Below, in pieces: positions 1 through 13,447 of a DNA stretch of 64,000 nucleotides. The position numbers were made by a program, and so were the translations under genes. The stretch lies in the NCBI GenBank assembly GCA_951406725.2, contig OX597821.1, forward strand, positions 97,464,001 through 97,528,000, written 5' to 3'. The stretch is from Octopus vulgaris. Taxonomy: Eukaryota. Positions within the stretch are counted from its first letter, which is position 1. The number at the start of each line of letters is the position of its first letter. The notes under the pieces are model-generated. The model was not told where the DNA came from. It worked only from the letters and a program-made list of their open reading frames with translations, and did not search any database.

Positions 1-347
1 TCCCTCCTCCTCCTCTCATTCTTCCCCTCCTGTTCCTCTCTCTCTCTCTCTCCCCTCTCTCTCTCTCTCTCTGTTTCCTCTCCTCTGAGTCATACTATAT
101 TCTACCAGTGTTGGCATCTATCATATTTTGATTTGAAATACTGGTAACAACAGTTCAGAGAAAAATAGACTGAATTCAGAGCCAGATCATCCCACGTAAA
201 CTTTCAAAATCATTCTAGAACAAAGTTAAGGAAACATCTCGATAATTTCTTGGGTAAATAACTTTCTGAGAATCTTCCAGACAACTGTCAGTCAACCATT
301 GCCATGGGCTCTCTCTCTCTCACTCTCTCTCTCCTTCTCCCTTTCTA

Positions 348-389
<42 letters not shown>

Positions 390-478
390 GCATACATACA
401 TATATATATATACTCAGACATGCACACATATATGCATATAACATATTGTGTGTATGTGTGTGTGTATGCATGTATGTA

Positions 479-1641
479 CAGGGTGCGTAAGGTGTTTGAG
501 GACAGATAATAACTTTATCAAAAAATGCTATGAGGATAAAAATAAACCTTCTTTTCTATAATGTCATTCAATAAAGCCACGTTCAGCTTCAACAATTGTT
601 TCTATATGAGATCTAAATCATCTACATGCTCGGATCAATTGGTCCCAGTTCATATTGGGCATTAATCTGACTATGGCAGCTTTCAAAGAACCTTTGGTGT
701 TATGGGCATGTTCATTGATCTCTCTCTCAACAATGCTTCTCATGTAATAGTCCAATGGATTGAGATCTGGGGAATTAGGAGTCCAAATGTTAAGGGCTAT
801 GTGATCATGAAAATTTTCAGCCATTCATTCCTGTGTTACTAGAGCCATGTGTGATAGTCTTACTGAAACGTATATGGTCTTCCATTGCATACACTGTCTA
901 TCCCGGGCTTAATTATTTCCTTGTGGAAAGAAGTAAGGAGGCATCACATGTCCTTCATTGCTAACAACCCTTAAAATCATGACAGTTGCAGGAAATTTTG
1001 TATGCATAACACTTGGAACTTCAGAAGGGTCTGCACATAACCATCTGTCATTTCTTCTGTTAACTTTTTGATCTTGGTTGAAGTTTTTCTCGTTTGAGAA
1101 AAACTAAATCAAATCTTTTTCTGCTGGAGTTTTCAGATTGTTTAAGAGCCTTTTAGATCTGAAGTGATTTTCTTTTGCTTCTTCTGACAAATTGACCTTT
1201 CTTCATCATATAAGATGTCTTTGTGGGCAACATTTCTGACTGTTCCTTCTGACACATGGAGATCTTTTGTAATTGACCTCATGGACGTCAATGGGATGGT
1301 AATCAATGGTCTGTTGAACTTGCTGGATAAATTCAGGTGTCCTGGTGATTTCAGAGCATTTAGAATACTTTTTATGCTTTGATACTGGTGATACATTTCC
1401 ATCCTCAGTCTCTAGCTTCTTACAAACTTTGTAGATGAAAGATCTGGCAACTTTTAAAATGCAAGATATTTCTAAATCGCTATGCTCAGCCTTTATAACC
1501 ACAATAACAGCATACCTCTTCATTTATTGAGTAAGTTGTGGGGCTGCCATTATTATTTTCTGAAACAAAGATTATACAGATTAGCAAAGAATGCAGCAAT
1601 GAACCAAAAAGGTTATGTCCTCAAATACCTTATGCACCATG
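479..1641 (-). mobile_element. Tc1/mariner-superfamily DNA transposon relic (maT/DD37D-like), full length with TIRs
   Basis: TIRs CAGGGTGCGTAAGGTGTTTGAGGACA / TGTCCTCAAATACCTTATGCACCATG flanked by TA. Frameshifted transposase with WTPNSPDLNPLDYY (ORFs 618..824, 1206..1523). Confidence 0.9.
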
Positions 1642-2299
1642 TATAGATGGAGAGATAGATACATACATTGATACATGCATGCATACATACATATGTATGT
1701 ACATGCAGGCATGCATGTATACATACATACACAAACAGATGCATATAACACACACAAATACATGCACACACAAACACACACACACATACATTTCTTTATA
1801 CATTTGTATATACACATACTGCACATGCATGCCACAAACACACATGTACATGACATTTACAAGTAGGGCCTCAGCCATACACATTATAGCTATTATGTGT
1901 ATGTGAGTGTATATATAGATGTGTGTGTCATGTACGTGTGTGAGCTGGCAGAGATGTTAGCACACCAGGTGAAATGCTTAGCGGTATTTCGTTCTGAGTT
2001 CAAATTCCGCCGAGGTTGACTTTGCCTTTCATCCTTTCAGGGTCGATTAATTAAGTACCAGTTACGCACTGGGGTCGATATAATCAACTTAATCCGTTTG
2101 TCTGTCCTTGTTTGTCCTCTCTGTGTTTAGCCCCCTGTGGGTAGCAAAGAAATAGGTATGTGTGTATATGTATACACACATATATAGACATGCATGTATG
2201 TATATATGGATTTATATATGTATGCATGCACTCACATATATACACGCACATAGATATTAACAGATGTATATTGAATTCCATGACAGAATTACTTACCTG

Positions 2300-2990
2300 C
2301 TCTTGCCTCAGCTAAGATAAAGAGCTGTAATATCATAAAACCTCCCTCTTTACTTTTTATTGAATGTTGAACCTAATATCATAAAAGTACTTTTAATCAT
2401 AACAAACACTCCAAACCAATCATAAATATAGAAAGTTATTGAAAAGGCATAATCTTAAATTAAGCTTTAGTTGTGTCACAGATATAAAGAACATTTTATT
2501 ACATACAAACTCTCTCCTTTAAAAACGCTGTGTCTGTATGCTCATGAGAAATATCAATGCATACCCATTAAATATGTTTTTCAGCCTAGAAGCCATTATT
2601 TATGAAGCCGAAGTTACCGAACATCAATGTGGTATATAAACAATACATTGACCTAACTGTAAGGGAGTTCAAAGAAAGGCTTTACCACTATATTTTTTTG
2701 TGTAGGCAAATTGAAAAGAGAAATGCAACAAAATTAGCTGACTACATCTAGCAATTATTATAAAAAGCTTCCATTACAACACCAATCAATCAAAATTATC
2801 AAAGAATGATTTCTCTATAATCACAAGAATGAAAATAAAAAGAAGTGACCTTTGTACAGCAGAGAAATGCCTTATCCTAAAAAATTTACAGACAATGATC
2901 TATCACTATTTGAATACTAGAGCTGAGATTTGGAGAAAATGTAGACATTTTGGGAAGCAACTGCTATATAACTGGACCAGACTACTTTCA
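2300..2990 (+). mobile_element. Degraded Penelope-like element fragment (linker + GIY-YIG endonuclease)
   Basis: Frameshifted translation HKYRKLLKRHNLKLSFSC...IIYEAEV...QYIDLTVREFKER...EKRNATKLADYI parallels the intact GIY-YIG ORF at 14.8-15.3 kb. Confidence 0.7.
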
Positions 2991-3169
2991 TGTGACTAAC
3001 TTTACCAAGCACACACACTTGGTATGCACATTTGTATATCTGTATAGACATACACACCTCCATAAACCTTATTCTTTGCTCATCTACTTTTTCTTCTTTC
3101 TTTGTTTCTTTTCCTCCCTTGTATTTATCTTTTCCATTTCCTTTCCCTTATTATTCATTCTTTTGTTAC

Positions 3170-3570
3170 TGTTTTACTCTTTTAGTTGTTTCAGTCATTT
3201 GACTGCAGCCATGCTGGAGCACTGCCTTTAATCGAGCAACTCGACCCCGGGACTTATTCTTTTTGTAAGCCCAGTATTTATTCTATCGGTCTCTTTTGCC
3301 GAACCGCTAAATAACGGGGACGTAAACACACCAGCATCAGTTGTCAAGCAATGCTAGGGGGTCAAACATAGACACACAAACACATGTATATATATACATA
3401 TATATACGATGGGCTTCTTTCAGTATCCGTCTACCAAATCCACTCACAAGGCTTTGGTCGGCCCAAGGCTATAGTAGAAGACACTTGCCCAAGGTGCCAC
3501 GCAGTGGGACTGAACCCAGAACCATGTGGTTGATAAACAAGCTACTTACCACACAGCCATTCCTGTGCCT
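3170..3570 (-). mobile_element. tRNA-derived CORE-type SINE (representative). Other copies at about 8320-8712, 18470-18850, 23745-23950, 26490-26920, 35475-35862, 41845-42080, 46872-47278, 47705-48378 (all -) and 42856-43275, 45838-45990, 57140-57500 (+)
   Basis: Near-identical ~400 bp repeats with tRNA-like A/B boxes (TGGCTGTGTGG...GGTTCAGTCCC), CORE-like CCTTGGGCAAGTGTC, internal (TA)n and AGTAAAAG tail. Confidence 0.9.
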
Positions 3571-4362
3571 ATATGTTGTCAATTTTTTTAATAACTTTCT
3601 GATTTATTTGTTTATTTTCACTATGATTCTTGAGATTTCTTTGTGTCTAAGAGTTTCTTTTTTACAGGAATGGTTTCTTTCTTTATTTATTCCAAAATTT
3701 AACTCTGGAGAAGTAAAGAACACAGAAAAATTGACAAATGATAAAGGAGTGGAATTGAATCAGTGTATGTGTTATGAATATTGATGTGGATGGAAGCACT
3801 CCATCGGTTATGACGACAAGGGTTCCGGTTGATCCTAATCAATGGAACAGCCTGCTCGTGAAATTAACGTGTAAGTGGCTGAGCACTCCACAGACACATG
3901 TACCCTTAACGTAGTTCTCGGGGATATTCAGCGTAACACAGAGAGTGACAAGGCCGGCCCCTTGAAATACAGGTACAACAGAAACAGGAAGTAAGAGTGA
4001 GAGAAAGTTGTGGTGAAAGAGTAATGACTCTCCCTAGACACATTTGATGGTATATGGCTTAGTGGTTAGGGTTTGGAATTCTCAATCATAAAGTTGTGGT
4101 TTCCATTTCCAGATTAGGCAGCATGTTCTGCTCTGAAGCAAGACACTTCATTTCACATTGCTTCACCCTACAAGGCTGAAAATGAGTATGAGCAAACAGC
4201 AAGGTTTCACTCAGCAGCAGAGTTGGGCCTTGTTTGGGTCATTAGGGTAATTATATACCATGGAAACCAGGAAAGATCTGCCCTAATGTGTCTGAAGACT
4301 CATGGCAGATCTAAGTTCTAAGACACATGTGTGTGTGTGTGTGTGTACATGAGATCTATGTA

Positions 4363-4750
4363 GGAGGTAGGAGCACTCCGTCGGTTGCGACAATGAGGGT
4401 CCCAGCTGATACGATCAATGGAACAGCTTGCTCGTGATATTAACGTGTAAGTGGCTGAGCACTCCACAGACACGTGTACCCTTAACGTAGTTCTCGAGGA
4501 GATTCAGCGTGACACAGAGTGTGACAAGGCTGGCCCTTTGAAATACAGGTACAAGAGAAACAGGAAGAAAGAGCGAGAGAAAGTTGTGGTGAAAGAGTAC
4601 AGCAGGGATCACCACCATCCCTGCCAGAGCCTCGTGGGGCTTTTAGGTGTTTTCGCTCAATAAACACTCACAATGCCCCATCTGGGAATCGAAACCGCGA
4701 TCCTCCGACCGCGAGTCCACTGCCCTAACCACTGGGCCATTGCGCCTCCA
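4363..4750 (-). mobile_element. tRNA-derived SINE of a second family with 15-16 bp TSD; partial copy at 3785-4023
   Basis: Head GGAGGCGCAATGGCCCAGTGGTTAGGGC...GGTTTCGATTCC on the - strand; direct repeat CATGAGATCTATGTA on both flanks. Confidence 0.85.
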
Positions 4751-5090
4751 CATGAGATCTATGTAATCATTTGTTGATTTTGGTCATTGGATTGTGGTCA
4801 TGTTGGGGCAACAACAGTCTAATGTAGTTAGCTATAGCGACCCTGGTATATGTAGCCTGTAGAACTCAGAAGGACGAAAGGCAAACTCGGTCTGGGTCGG
4901 ATTGCAAAAGATGAAACCAAATGCTACTGCTCTACGAGATATTCTGCTGATGCTCTGCCGATTCGGTCATCTATATATAAATATCCATACAAACATACAC
5001 ATACACACGCATTCACACACACATATAGTCATGTACACATTCACATATACACGTGTACATATGTATTAAGCATAACTAGACTGTTTGTTG

Positions 5091-5092
<2 letters not shown>

Positions 5093-5128
<36 letters not shown>

Positions 5129-5552
5129 TGTGTTTGTGTGTTTGCGCACGCACGTGCACATGTGTATGTGTAAAATGGCACATGCAGAAGCATACACACA
5201 AACACACACACATATGTATGTATGTATGTTTGTATGTATGTATGTTTGTATGTATGTATGTTTGTATGGATGCATGTATGTATCTATGTATGGGTGTATG
5301 TATGTATGTATGTCTATGTATGGGTGTATGTATGTATGTATGTATGTACGTATGTATGTATGTATGGGTGTATATGTATGTATGTATGTATGTATGGGTG
5401 TATATGTATGTATGTATCTTTGTATGTATGTATGTTTGCATGTATTTATGTTTGCATGTATGTATGTATCTATGTATGGGTGTACATGTATGTATGTATG
5501 TATGTATGGGTGTATATGTTTGTATGTATATATGTATGTATGTATGTATGCA
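5093..5552. repeat. (TG)n / (TATG)n compound microsatellite
   Basis: Direct reading. Similar tracts at 1650-1930, 11040-11270, 26146-26240, 45140-45275 and elsewhere. Confidence 0.98.
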
Positions 5553-6549
5553 TGTTCTTCACACGAAATATGTTGTTGGCAACGTATTTTTAGAAGAGTA
5601 TTTTTAGTGCACACCTATCAGTTAGTTGGTAAATATTTGTGCTAAGAGATGCTAGCTGGTGTATGTTGTCTACTAACTCACCGAAAGTGATTAAGACAAC
5701 CAAAATTCCTTAGTTCCTCACTATGTGCTGAATATATGTTTATATGTCTACAGCATCATACAATAACCATTTCCATCAATGTTTCTTCTCTATATCTGCT
5801 TTCAAACAGACCCAGGAATTATACATAACTGTGCTAATGATGAAGGCTTGTGCGCATGTGTGCAGATCTATTTATGAATAAGGTGTGTTGAACAGGATGA
5901 TGATGATGATGATGATTATTATTATTATTATTATTATTAGCATCTGGAATGTTGTCAAGTGCTCACACTTCTCTAGCAGTCAGGTAACATGGCTCGTGGT
6001 AAGTCAACCCTTGCACACTACACTGGGCTACTGGTTGGCAAGAGCACCAGCATTCTCTAATGGTCTCTGTTCCTTAGCTTGTTGGTTTTGTACTTCCTCC
6101 ACTCAGGCAAACCTGATCCACATGTCTCTCCACCTCTCATCAACCTTGTTGCTTTGACAAATCTCACTCCCCCCAGTTCTGTTATAACCAATATACCTGG
6201 TTCTTCTCCTCTGGAACATTGACCTTCTGTCATCTTCTTTCTGCTCATGGCTTTCTTGGGGATGTTGATCTGCAATAGATTAAGCAGAGTATTAACAGCA
6301 TCATACTCACTGGTCTTGAATAGCCTGCAAAGACCATGGGCACTGTCCCTTCCTCTAGAATGACATGGATAACTTTTGGGGGGAATCAGGCCAAGATATG
6401 ACTCATCATCAGGTTGGCCACACTCCTAAAAAAACTTTTTAATAGGTGTGCCATTCAGAAAGTATCAGGATTACCGATTACCCATGATAGTTCCAGACTC
6501 AAAACACACACACACACACATGCACGCGCACCACACACACACAAAATCA

Positions 6550-6815
6550 TCAGCTGCAGGGTCACTCCGAAAAGCTCTATCTGTGACGATTTCATCTCAA
6601 TCGAAGGAGAGGGGCTTTCTCCGTCCGGGTTGCAGATCCGTTGAATAAGCTGCCGGATGAGATAGTGAAGATGCCGACGACCGCTCGGTTCAAAGTCTCC
6701 CTTGACCACAAATGGCCTGAACTCTTTGCATGAACACCACCCTGAACATAACTCCATGTCCCCCTTACATGGCCTTGCTTTTTGCTTTTTGAGCAAAAAA
6801 AATTAACTTAACTTA
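6550..6815 (+). mobile_element. CR1/L2-type LINE 3' fragment
   Basis: Near-identical to the reverse complement of 16925-17175 (RLRGHSEKL...PWNKLP 3' end). Confidence 0.85.
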
Positions 6816-8279
6816 ACAATAATCAACAAAACAGATGATTCCAGGGACTCTGGACAACTTTCAGGATTCTCTAGCCTGACAATGCTGCAGATGAGCAGTG
6901 CTAGTTTGAGCCACAATGTACAAGCTGTGGCAAGAAGGTCAAATAGTTTCCTTTGCCTCGTCTGGTGATCACTTGGAGAGAAAAGCATTGCAGTTCATTC
7001 ATAAGCCTCATAAAATCTACCTTTGACTCTGAGTGAGAAACCCTTTGTTACCTGCAGAGGCTATGAGCTGGCAGAATTATTAGCACATCAGACAAAATGC
7101 TTAGTGGCATTCCATTCGTCTGAGTTCAAATTCCACTGAAGTTGACTTTATCTTTCATCCTTTCGGGGTTGATAAAATAAGTATCAGATCCCTGGACTTT
7201 TTCCAGCCTTTTCTTACCCTGGCCCTTATATGGTCAGAACATAGCTTAAGTATTTGTATTAACAGCAACCTTGTCATTTATCACTTCTTTTCTACTCTAG
7301 GCACAAGGCACGAAATTTTGGAGAAGGGGGCCAGTCGATTAGATCGACCTCAGTATGCAACTGGTACTTAATTTATCAATCCCAAAAGGATGAAAGGCAA
7401 AATCGACCACAGTGGAATTTGAACTCAGAATGTAAAGACAGATAAAATACCTATTTCTTTACTACCCACAAGGGGCTAAACACAGAGGGGACAAATAAAT
7501 GGATTAAGTCGATTACATCGACCCCAGTGCGCAACTGGTACTTAATTTATCGACCCGGAAAGGATGAAGGGCAAAGTCGACCTCGGCGGAATTTGAACTC
7601 AGAACGTAGCGACGACGAAAAATACCGCCTGGCATGCTAACGTTTGTGCCAGTCTGCCGCCTTCTTTTCATCTCTTAATATAACAATGTGTTTACTGATT
7701 TTTAAAAAAAAGTAAGCTGTTCACTCATCCCCTAATATAACAACCAATGATCCTCCAATGTAACAACCAGTAAAAGCTCCTCTTATGTAACAACCTGTTT
7801 ACTGATCCCCAATCATAGCAACTGTTTATAAGTCCCCTGATGTTTGTAACCTGTAAACAGAACCCTTAATATTGTAAGCTTTTCACTTTTCTAATATTGG
7901 TTTCAAATTTTGGTACAAGGCCAGAAATTTTGGCAATTGGGGTGATTACATTGACCCTTGCGCTCAACTGGTAATTATTTTATCAACCCCGAAAGTGTGT
8001 ATCCATGTGTGTCTGTGTCTGTGTTTGTCCCCTCCTGCCACCATCACTTGACGACCAATGTTGTGTTTACATTACCATAACTTAGCAGTTCAGCAAAAAA
8101 GGACCAATAGAATAAGTACTAGGCTTACAAAGAATAAGTCCGAAGGTTGATTTGTTCGACTAAAGCCCAAGCCCTTTAAGTTAGTGCTGTATCATGGCTG
8201 CAGTCAAATAACTGAAACAAATAAAAAAATAAAAGTATATCTATCTATCTATCTACCTATCTATCAATCTATCTATCTA

Positions 8280-8314
<35 letters not shown>

Positions 8315-9863
8315 TCTTTTTACTCTTTACTATTTTACTTGTTTCAGTCATTTGACTGCGGCCATGCTGGAGCACCACCTTTAATCGAGCAACTCAACCC
8401 CAGGACTTATTCTTTGTAAGCCCAGTACTTATTCTATCGGTCTCTTTTGCCGAACTGCTAAGTGACGGGGACATAAACACACCAGCATCGGTTGTCAAGC
8501 AATGCTAGGGGGACAAACACACACACGCATACACATAAATACATATATACGATGGGCTTCTTTCAGTTTCCGTCTACCAAATCCACTCACAAGGCATTGG
8601 TCGGCCCGAGACTATAGTAGAAGACACTTGCCCAAGGTGCCACGCAGTGGGACTGAACCAGGAACCATGTGGTTAGTAAGCAAGCTACTTACCACACAGC
8701 CACTCCTGCGTATATATATATATATATATATATATATTAATGTTTGTTATTATGCTCAGTGATAGTAAACAATTTTGCATGAATGTAACAGGCTACTCTA
8801 TACTTTTGTAGAGTACAAATTTATTATTCTTATACAAGAATGTCATTGATAGTGACTTCAAAGTTTTGGTCAGTTAAGCCATATATATGTGTGGCAGCCT
8901 TCTTTCAGTTTCCTTTGACCAGATCCACCAACAAAGCTTTGGTCAGCATGCAGCTATAGTAGTAGACACTTACCGAAGGTACTGTGCAGAGGCTTGTACC
9001 TAAGACCACATCGTTGGGAGCAAGCTCCTTGACCACACTGCCACATCTACTGCAGTGAAAAAAAAAAGAAAAAAAGAAAAAAAAACAAACAGTTTACAAA
9101 AATAGACTGTAGAAAAACGGAGAAAAGGTGGGGGAAGGGAATCAGTAAATATTCCATCACAAAACAGACATGCACATTTACGTGATTACACATCGGACTA
9201 GGGAGGAAACGGTGTCTCCCTCAACTATAGAGCTTGTGCCTAAATTTTTTAAAATGACTAATTTAATAAATGTCACCTGTTATTCAAGAAGAAAGAAGAA
9301 ACTAGAATTTTTATTTAAAAAAAGAGTAGGGGAAGGAGACCCTCCTGAATGTCAAAAACCAAAAATACCCACCTCCCAGCAGCAGATGAATTTATATCAT
9401 CTTTGGATAGAATTGTTAGAGTGTCGGACAAAATTCCTTTTGGTGTTTGTTTTGGTTCATCCCTTCAGGGTAGCTATAATAAAGTACCAATCAAGTTCTC
9501 AAGTCAAAGACAACTACTGACACCTTCCTTCAAAATAATTGACCATGTGCCGAAAGCTTTCCGAAAAAAAAAAAAATATATACAAAGCGGTATTTGTTCC
9601 AACCCTTTACATTCTGTGTTCAAATCCTGTCGAAGACAAGTTTGCTTTTCATCCCTCAGGGTCGAGAAGATACAGTACCAGTCAAGTACGAGGTCGTTGG
9701 TAGCCACTACCCCTCCCTCATGACAGCAGGCCTTGTGCCTAAATCATAAGCCATTATTAAGAGCAGTGAGCTGGCAGAATCATTATGGCAGTATTTATTT
9801 TGACTTTTTGCATTCTGAGCTCAAATTCTGCCAAAGTCAACCTTCTTTGCTAGGGACGACGGC

Positions 9864-10285
9864 GAGGCGGCGAGCTGGCAGAAACGTTAGCACGTCGGGC
9901 GAAATGCTTAGCGGTATTTCGGCTGCCGTTACGTTCTGAGTTCAAATTCCGCCGAGGTCGACTTTGCCTTTCGTCCTTTCGGGGTCGATAAATTAAGTAC
10001 CAGTTACGCACTGGGATCCATGTAATCGACTTAATACCTATGTCTGTCTTTGTTTGTCCCCTCAATGTTTAGCCCCTTGTGGGTAATAAAGAAATAGGTA
10101 TTTCGGCTGCCGTTACGTTCTGAGTTCAAATTCCGCCGAGGTCAACTTTGCCTTTCATCCTTTCGGGGTCGATAAATTAAGTACCAGTTACGCACTGGGG
10201 TCGATGTAATCAACTTAATACCTATGTCTGTCCATGTTTGTCCCCTCTATGTTTAGCCCCTTATAGGTAATAAAGAAATAGGTAT
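9864..10285 (+). mobile_element. tRNA-derived SINE of a third family (Meta-domain-like body), here with duplicated body. Other copies at about 1940-2157, 7290-7662, 17962-18193, 22752-22985, 24910-25145, 31290-31520, 31745-31978, 32190-32420, 34775-35078, 36752-36985, 47812-48038, 56380-56610
   Basis: GGCGGCGAGCTGGCAGAA...GAGTTCAAATTCC...GCCTTTCATCCTTTCGGGGTCGATAAATTAAGTACCAG. Young copies have clear TSDs, e.g. TATATTGTGGCTGGGTT near 22735/22985, GGTCTGAGAGGAAG near 31734/31977, CTGACGAGATACCT near 17953/18194. Confidence 0.9.
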
Positions 10286-10393
10286 TGACTGACCAACTTA
10301 GTAAACCTTGTGCCATATGTTTAAAGAATGCATGTAGTTAAAGGGAGGTAACTCATAAAAGCACTAAGAGCTAGGACGTGAACAGTTATCTCT

Positions 10394-10408
10394 GTTATCA
10401 TTAGCAAC
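10394..10408 (+). promoter_or_regulatory. RFX X-box-like site in candidate IFT74 promoter
   Basis: GTTATC-ATT-AGCAAC fits GTYNYY-N(0-3)-RGYAAC. Further half sites (TGCAAC, TAGCAAC) follow within 60 bp, in a non-repetitive island upstream of a ciliary gene. IFT genes are classic RFX targets. Confidence 0.55.
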
Positions 10409-11032
10409 GGAGATTGTTTAGTAGTTATCCCATCATGCAACTTGACTACCATCCAACTAGCAACACGTTATCAAAGTTATTGAAACACTGAGAACTTTGT
10501 TTAAGGGTTTACGGCATCACCTCATAGCCCCAAGCTGCAGATATGTATGGCTTTTCGTATTCACTGTTTAGTAATGTTCGTCTGTCTATCTGTGACTTTT
10601 GCTGTGTTTTGTCCAAAGCATTTTGCACCGTAAAGTTTAACAGTTTAACAAAGGATCAATATCTGTATTTGACAGTTTTATAGTTTTATACACACACATA
10701 CATATATGTATATCTTTTACTTGCTTCAGTCATTAGACTGCGGTCCCGCTGGGGCACCGACTGACTTGATGGATTTTAGTCGAGCGAATCGACCCCTGTA
10801 CTTACTTGTATATTTGTTAATTTATCTATTGAGCTTAGTACTTATTCTAGCGGTCATTTTTTGCCGTTGTCAAGCGGTGGTGTGAGACAAAGATACGCGC
10901 ACGGGCATATATATATATATATTTATGTATATGTATGTATATATGCATATATATATAACACATTCTTCGTGGAAAATAACGATTTTGACGTCTATATCTA
11001 GCATATTGACCGTCCACTTTTAGTGGTCAGTC

Positions 11033-11072
<40 letters not shown>

Positions 11073-11191
11073 TTTTTTAAGCCTAGTACTTATTCTATCG
11101 GTCTGTATTCCCGAACCTCTAAGTTATGGGGACTTAAATATACCAGCACTGGTTGTCAAGCGGTCATGGCGACAAACACAAACAAATATAT

Positions 11192-11248
<57 letters not shown>

Positions 11249-11505
11249 TATATACACACACATACATACATAATTATATCAAAGGGATCGGAAAACCTTT
11301 CCATACGCTAAACATAAACGCCAAATGGTACTAAAAACCACCTTATCCTAAGGTGGTTTTAGTGCAATTTGGCGTCTATGTTTAGCAAGTGGAAATGCTT
11401 ATGTATATGATTATAAATATAGTATATAGAAATTACCTATGAGGTTTTTACTACATGCTGACCACTTGATAAAGTCATTAAAGTGATTTTGTCCTTAATT
11501 CTATA

Positions 11506-11552
<47 letters not shown>

Positions 11553-11837
11553 GCCGTTGCCAGCCTCGCCTGGCCCCCGTGCCGGTGGCACGTAAAAAGC
11601 ACCAACCAATCGTGGCCGTTTGCCAGACTCGTCTGGCACCTGTACCGGTGGCATGTAAAAAGCACCCACTACACTCATGGAGTGGTTGGCGTTGGGAAGG
11701 GCATCCAGCCGTAGAAACATTGCCAGATCAGACTGGGCCTGGTGCAGCCTTCTGGCTTCCCAGACCCCAATTGAACCGTCCAACCCATGCTAGCATGGAA
11801 AACGGACTCTAAACGATGATGATGATGATATATATAT

Positions 11838-13244
11838 CAGTGGTGGGTACAGCTAACCCAAAAGTTAGCTTTGCAAACATTAAACCATTAAACAGGTAAA
11901 AAATTATCAGAAGCTAATGCTAACTGATAACCACTAACTTTTATCATATGAATTTATTTTGGGTTGGTTTTTTGGATCTAAAAACCCCTAAAAACAGACC
12001 TAGAGAGCTAAAATTTTCATGCAGCTTAGATATAGAGCTTCCCAAAAATGGTATGGCATGCCAAGATCAGATGATGCTCAAAGCTGTACACAAATAATTA
12101 TATGAACAAATGAAATTAAACATTAGTTTTTCAGTCAACATACACTTTATTTACTGTACAAAAAGTATTAAACAAATCAAAACGGTATAGTGTAGAATAT
12201 GTATCATGCCAAGATTAGATGATGATCAAGATGTACTACTCTGGCTGGGCCTTCTTCATCACCTCGACATGATGCTAGTTGCCCTTCATAAACATCAGCC
12301 TCTCAAAGTTACTACCTGACAGGGTGGCTTTCTTGGCCCTCAAAATATCTTTGCCTTTAGAGAATAGGCACTGGATGGGATCGACTTGGTGAACAGGTCA
12401 ATCAAGACCCCTGCTCACTCAAAGTAGCGAATTCAGTCAGGACCTCCTTCGAGACATCCTCCAGCCAGTTCTGGGACTTGGATTTCAGTGACCTGTGGCT
12501 CCTGCTCTGCCGGAACTGAGTGATGTTACTGAAGAAATCATCATCCTTATCCTCATTGCTGGCAGTGTTGCGGCTCTCCTCATTGGTCTCCATCAGGGTC
12601 GTCTCTATGACGGTTTCCGTGGTGTTCATTACTCTGCTAACCTGGCTGTTATTATACTGCTTCAGCCAGAACAGGTGGAACTTGGGGTGGAAGGCAGCTG
12701 CCAGCTGGCTCTCCAGGTCTTCTAGGAGGAGCCCAAGCCTCTTCGTGATGCCTGCCAGTATCACGTCTACCAGAGGATTGCAGTTCAGGAGATATTTGAA
12801 TTTGGCCTCCTTCAACTTCATGACAGTAGTCGCTACAGTTGGCAGAAGACTTCCAAGATAAACCTGGTCCTTCCCCTAGATTTTAATCCAAAGACTTGGC
12901 AACATTAGACATCACCTGGGCATCTCAATTATATCTGATCATAAATTGCCTATGATTCAGTTTTGGAAAGAGACGGGCTCCACTCTTTAGCATTTAAACC
13001 AGCCATATCCAACCCAGATATTCTGCCTGCTTTATGTTCGCACTGGCCAAAGCTGATCCCTCACACCTAGCCTACAATGTCATTCTAAAAATAAACAATC
13101 ACATCAGACAATTAAAACTACAAGATATTTCATGATTAATTCAAAACAATGTGAATAAATATGCATTACCTTTGAAAGAATAATCTGAATGCTAAAGGGT
13201 TAAATAAGAAGAAAATTATGCTCAAGACATACATATCACCACTG
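11838..13244 (-). mobile_element. hAT DNA transposon, internally deleted
   Basis: TIRs CAGTGGTG / CACCACTG with 8 bp near-TSD ATATATAT / ATATGTAT. ORF 12402..12821 plus downstream frame ...PSSA...KDILRAKKATLSGSNFERLMFMKGN* resembles the hAT C-terminal dimerisation domain. Confidence 0.85.
12982..13203. mobile_element. TTAA-type (piggyBac-like) MITE nested in the hAT; related copy ~36996-37214, different family 60197-60424
   Basis: Short TIRs CTTTAGCATT / AATGCTAAAGGG followed by TTAA. The copy at 60197 is flanked TTAACCCTTTCA...TGAAAGAGTTAA. Confidence 0.65.
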
Positions 13245-13447
13245 ATATGTATGCGTGTTTTTATATATATATATATATATATATGCATATATATACAAAT
13301 ATAAGTGAGTGTCCACTATGTAGTCGACACTTGCGCTAAAAATAGATCTGCTATGGTCTCAACCACCAAGAATTGTTTCCAAGGAGAACTAGCACAACTA
13401 TGAACGTAAACGAGCAGGACAAATGAAAAGTAACAAAAATGTAGATT

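Noticed and set aside
2840-2875. TGA at the CxxC position of the degraded PLE, suggesting selenocysteine recoding
   Set aside because: Better explained by a small deletion in a heavily frameshifted copy. The intact PLE ORF uses normal Cys codons and I saw no SECIS.
4680-4750. tRNA-like sequences here and at the heads of other repeats
   Set aside because: A/B boxes are present but run into SINE bodies with TSDs; no complete cloverleaf, so these are SINE heads, not tRNA genes.
5066-5645. Long ORFs rich in C/V/Y/M or H/T/Y/I (also 1538-1906, 26000-26341, 45080-45506)
   Set aside because: Translations of (TG)n/(TATG)n microsatellites that lack stops in several frames; no protein signal.
5990-6400. 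Possible minus-strand exons or mini-intron (GTGAGT...TTGCAG) of a neighbouring gene
   Set aside because: Intron would be about 41 nt, frames are interrupted and no protein is recognisable.
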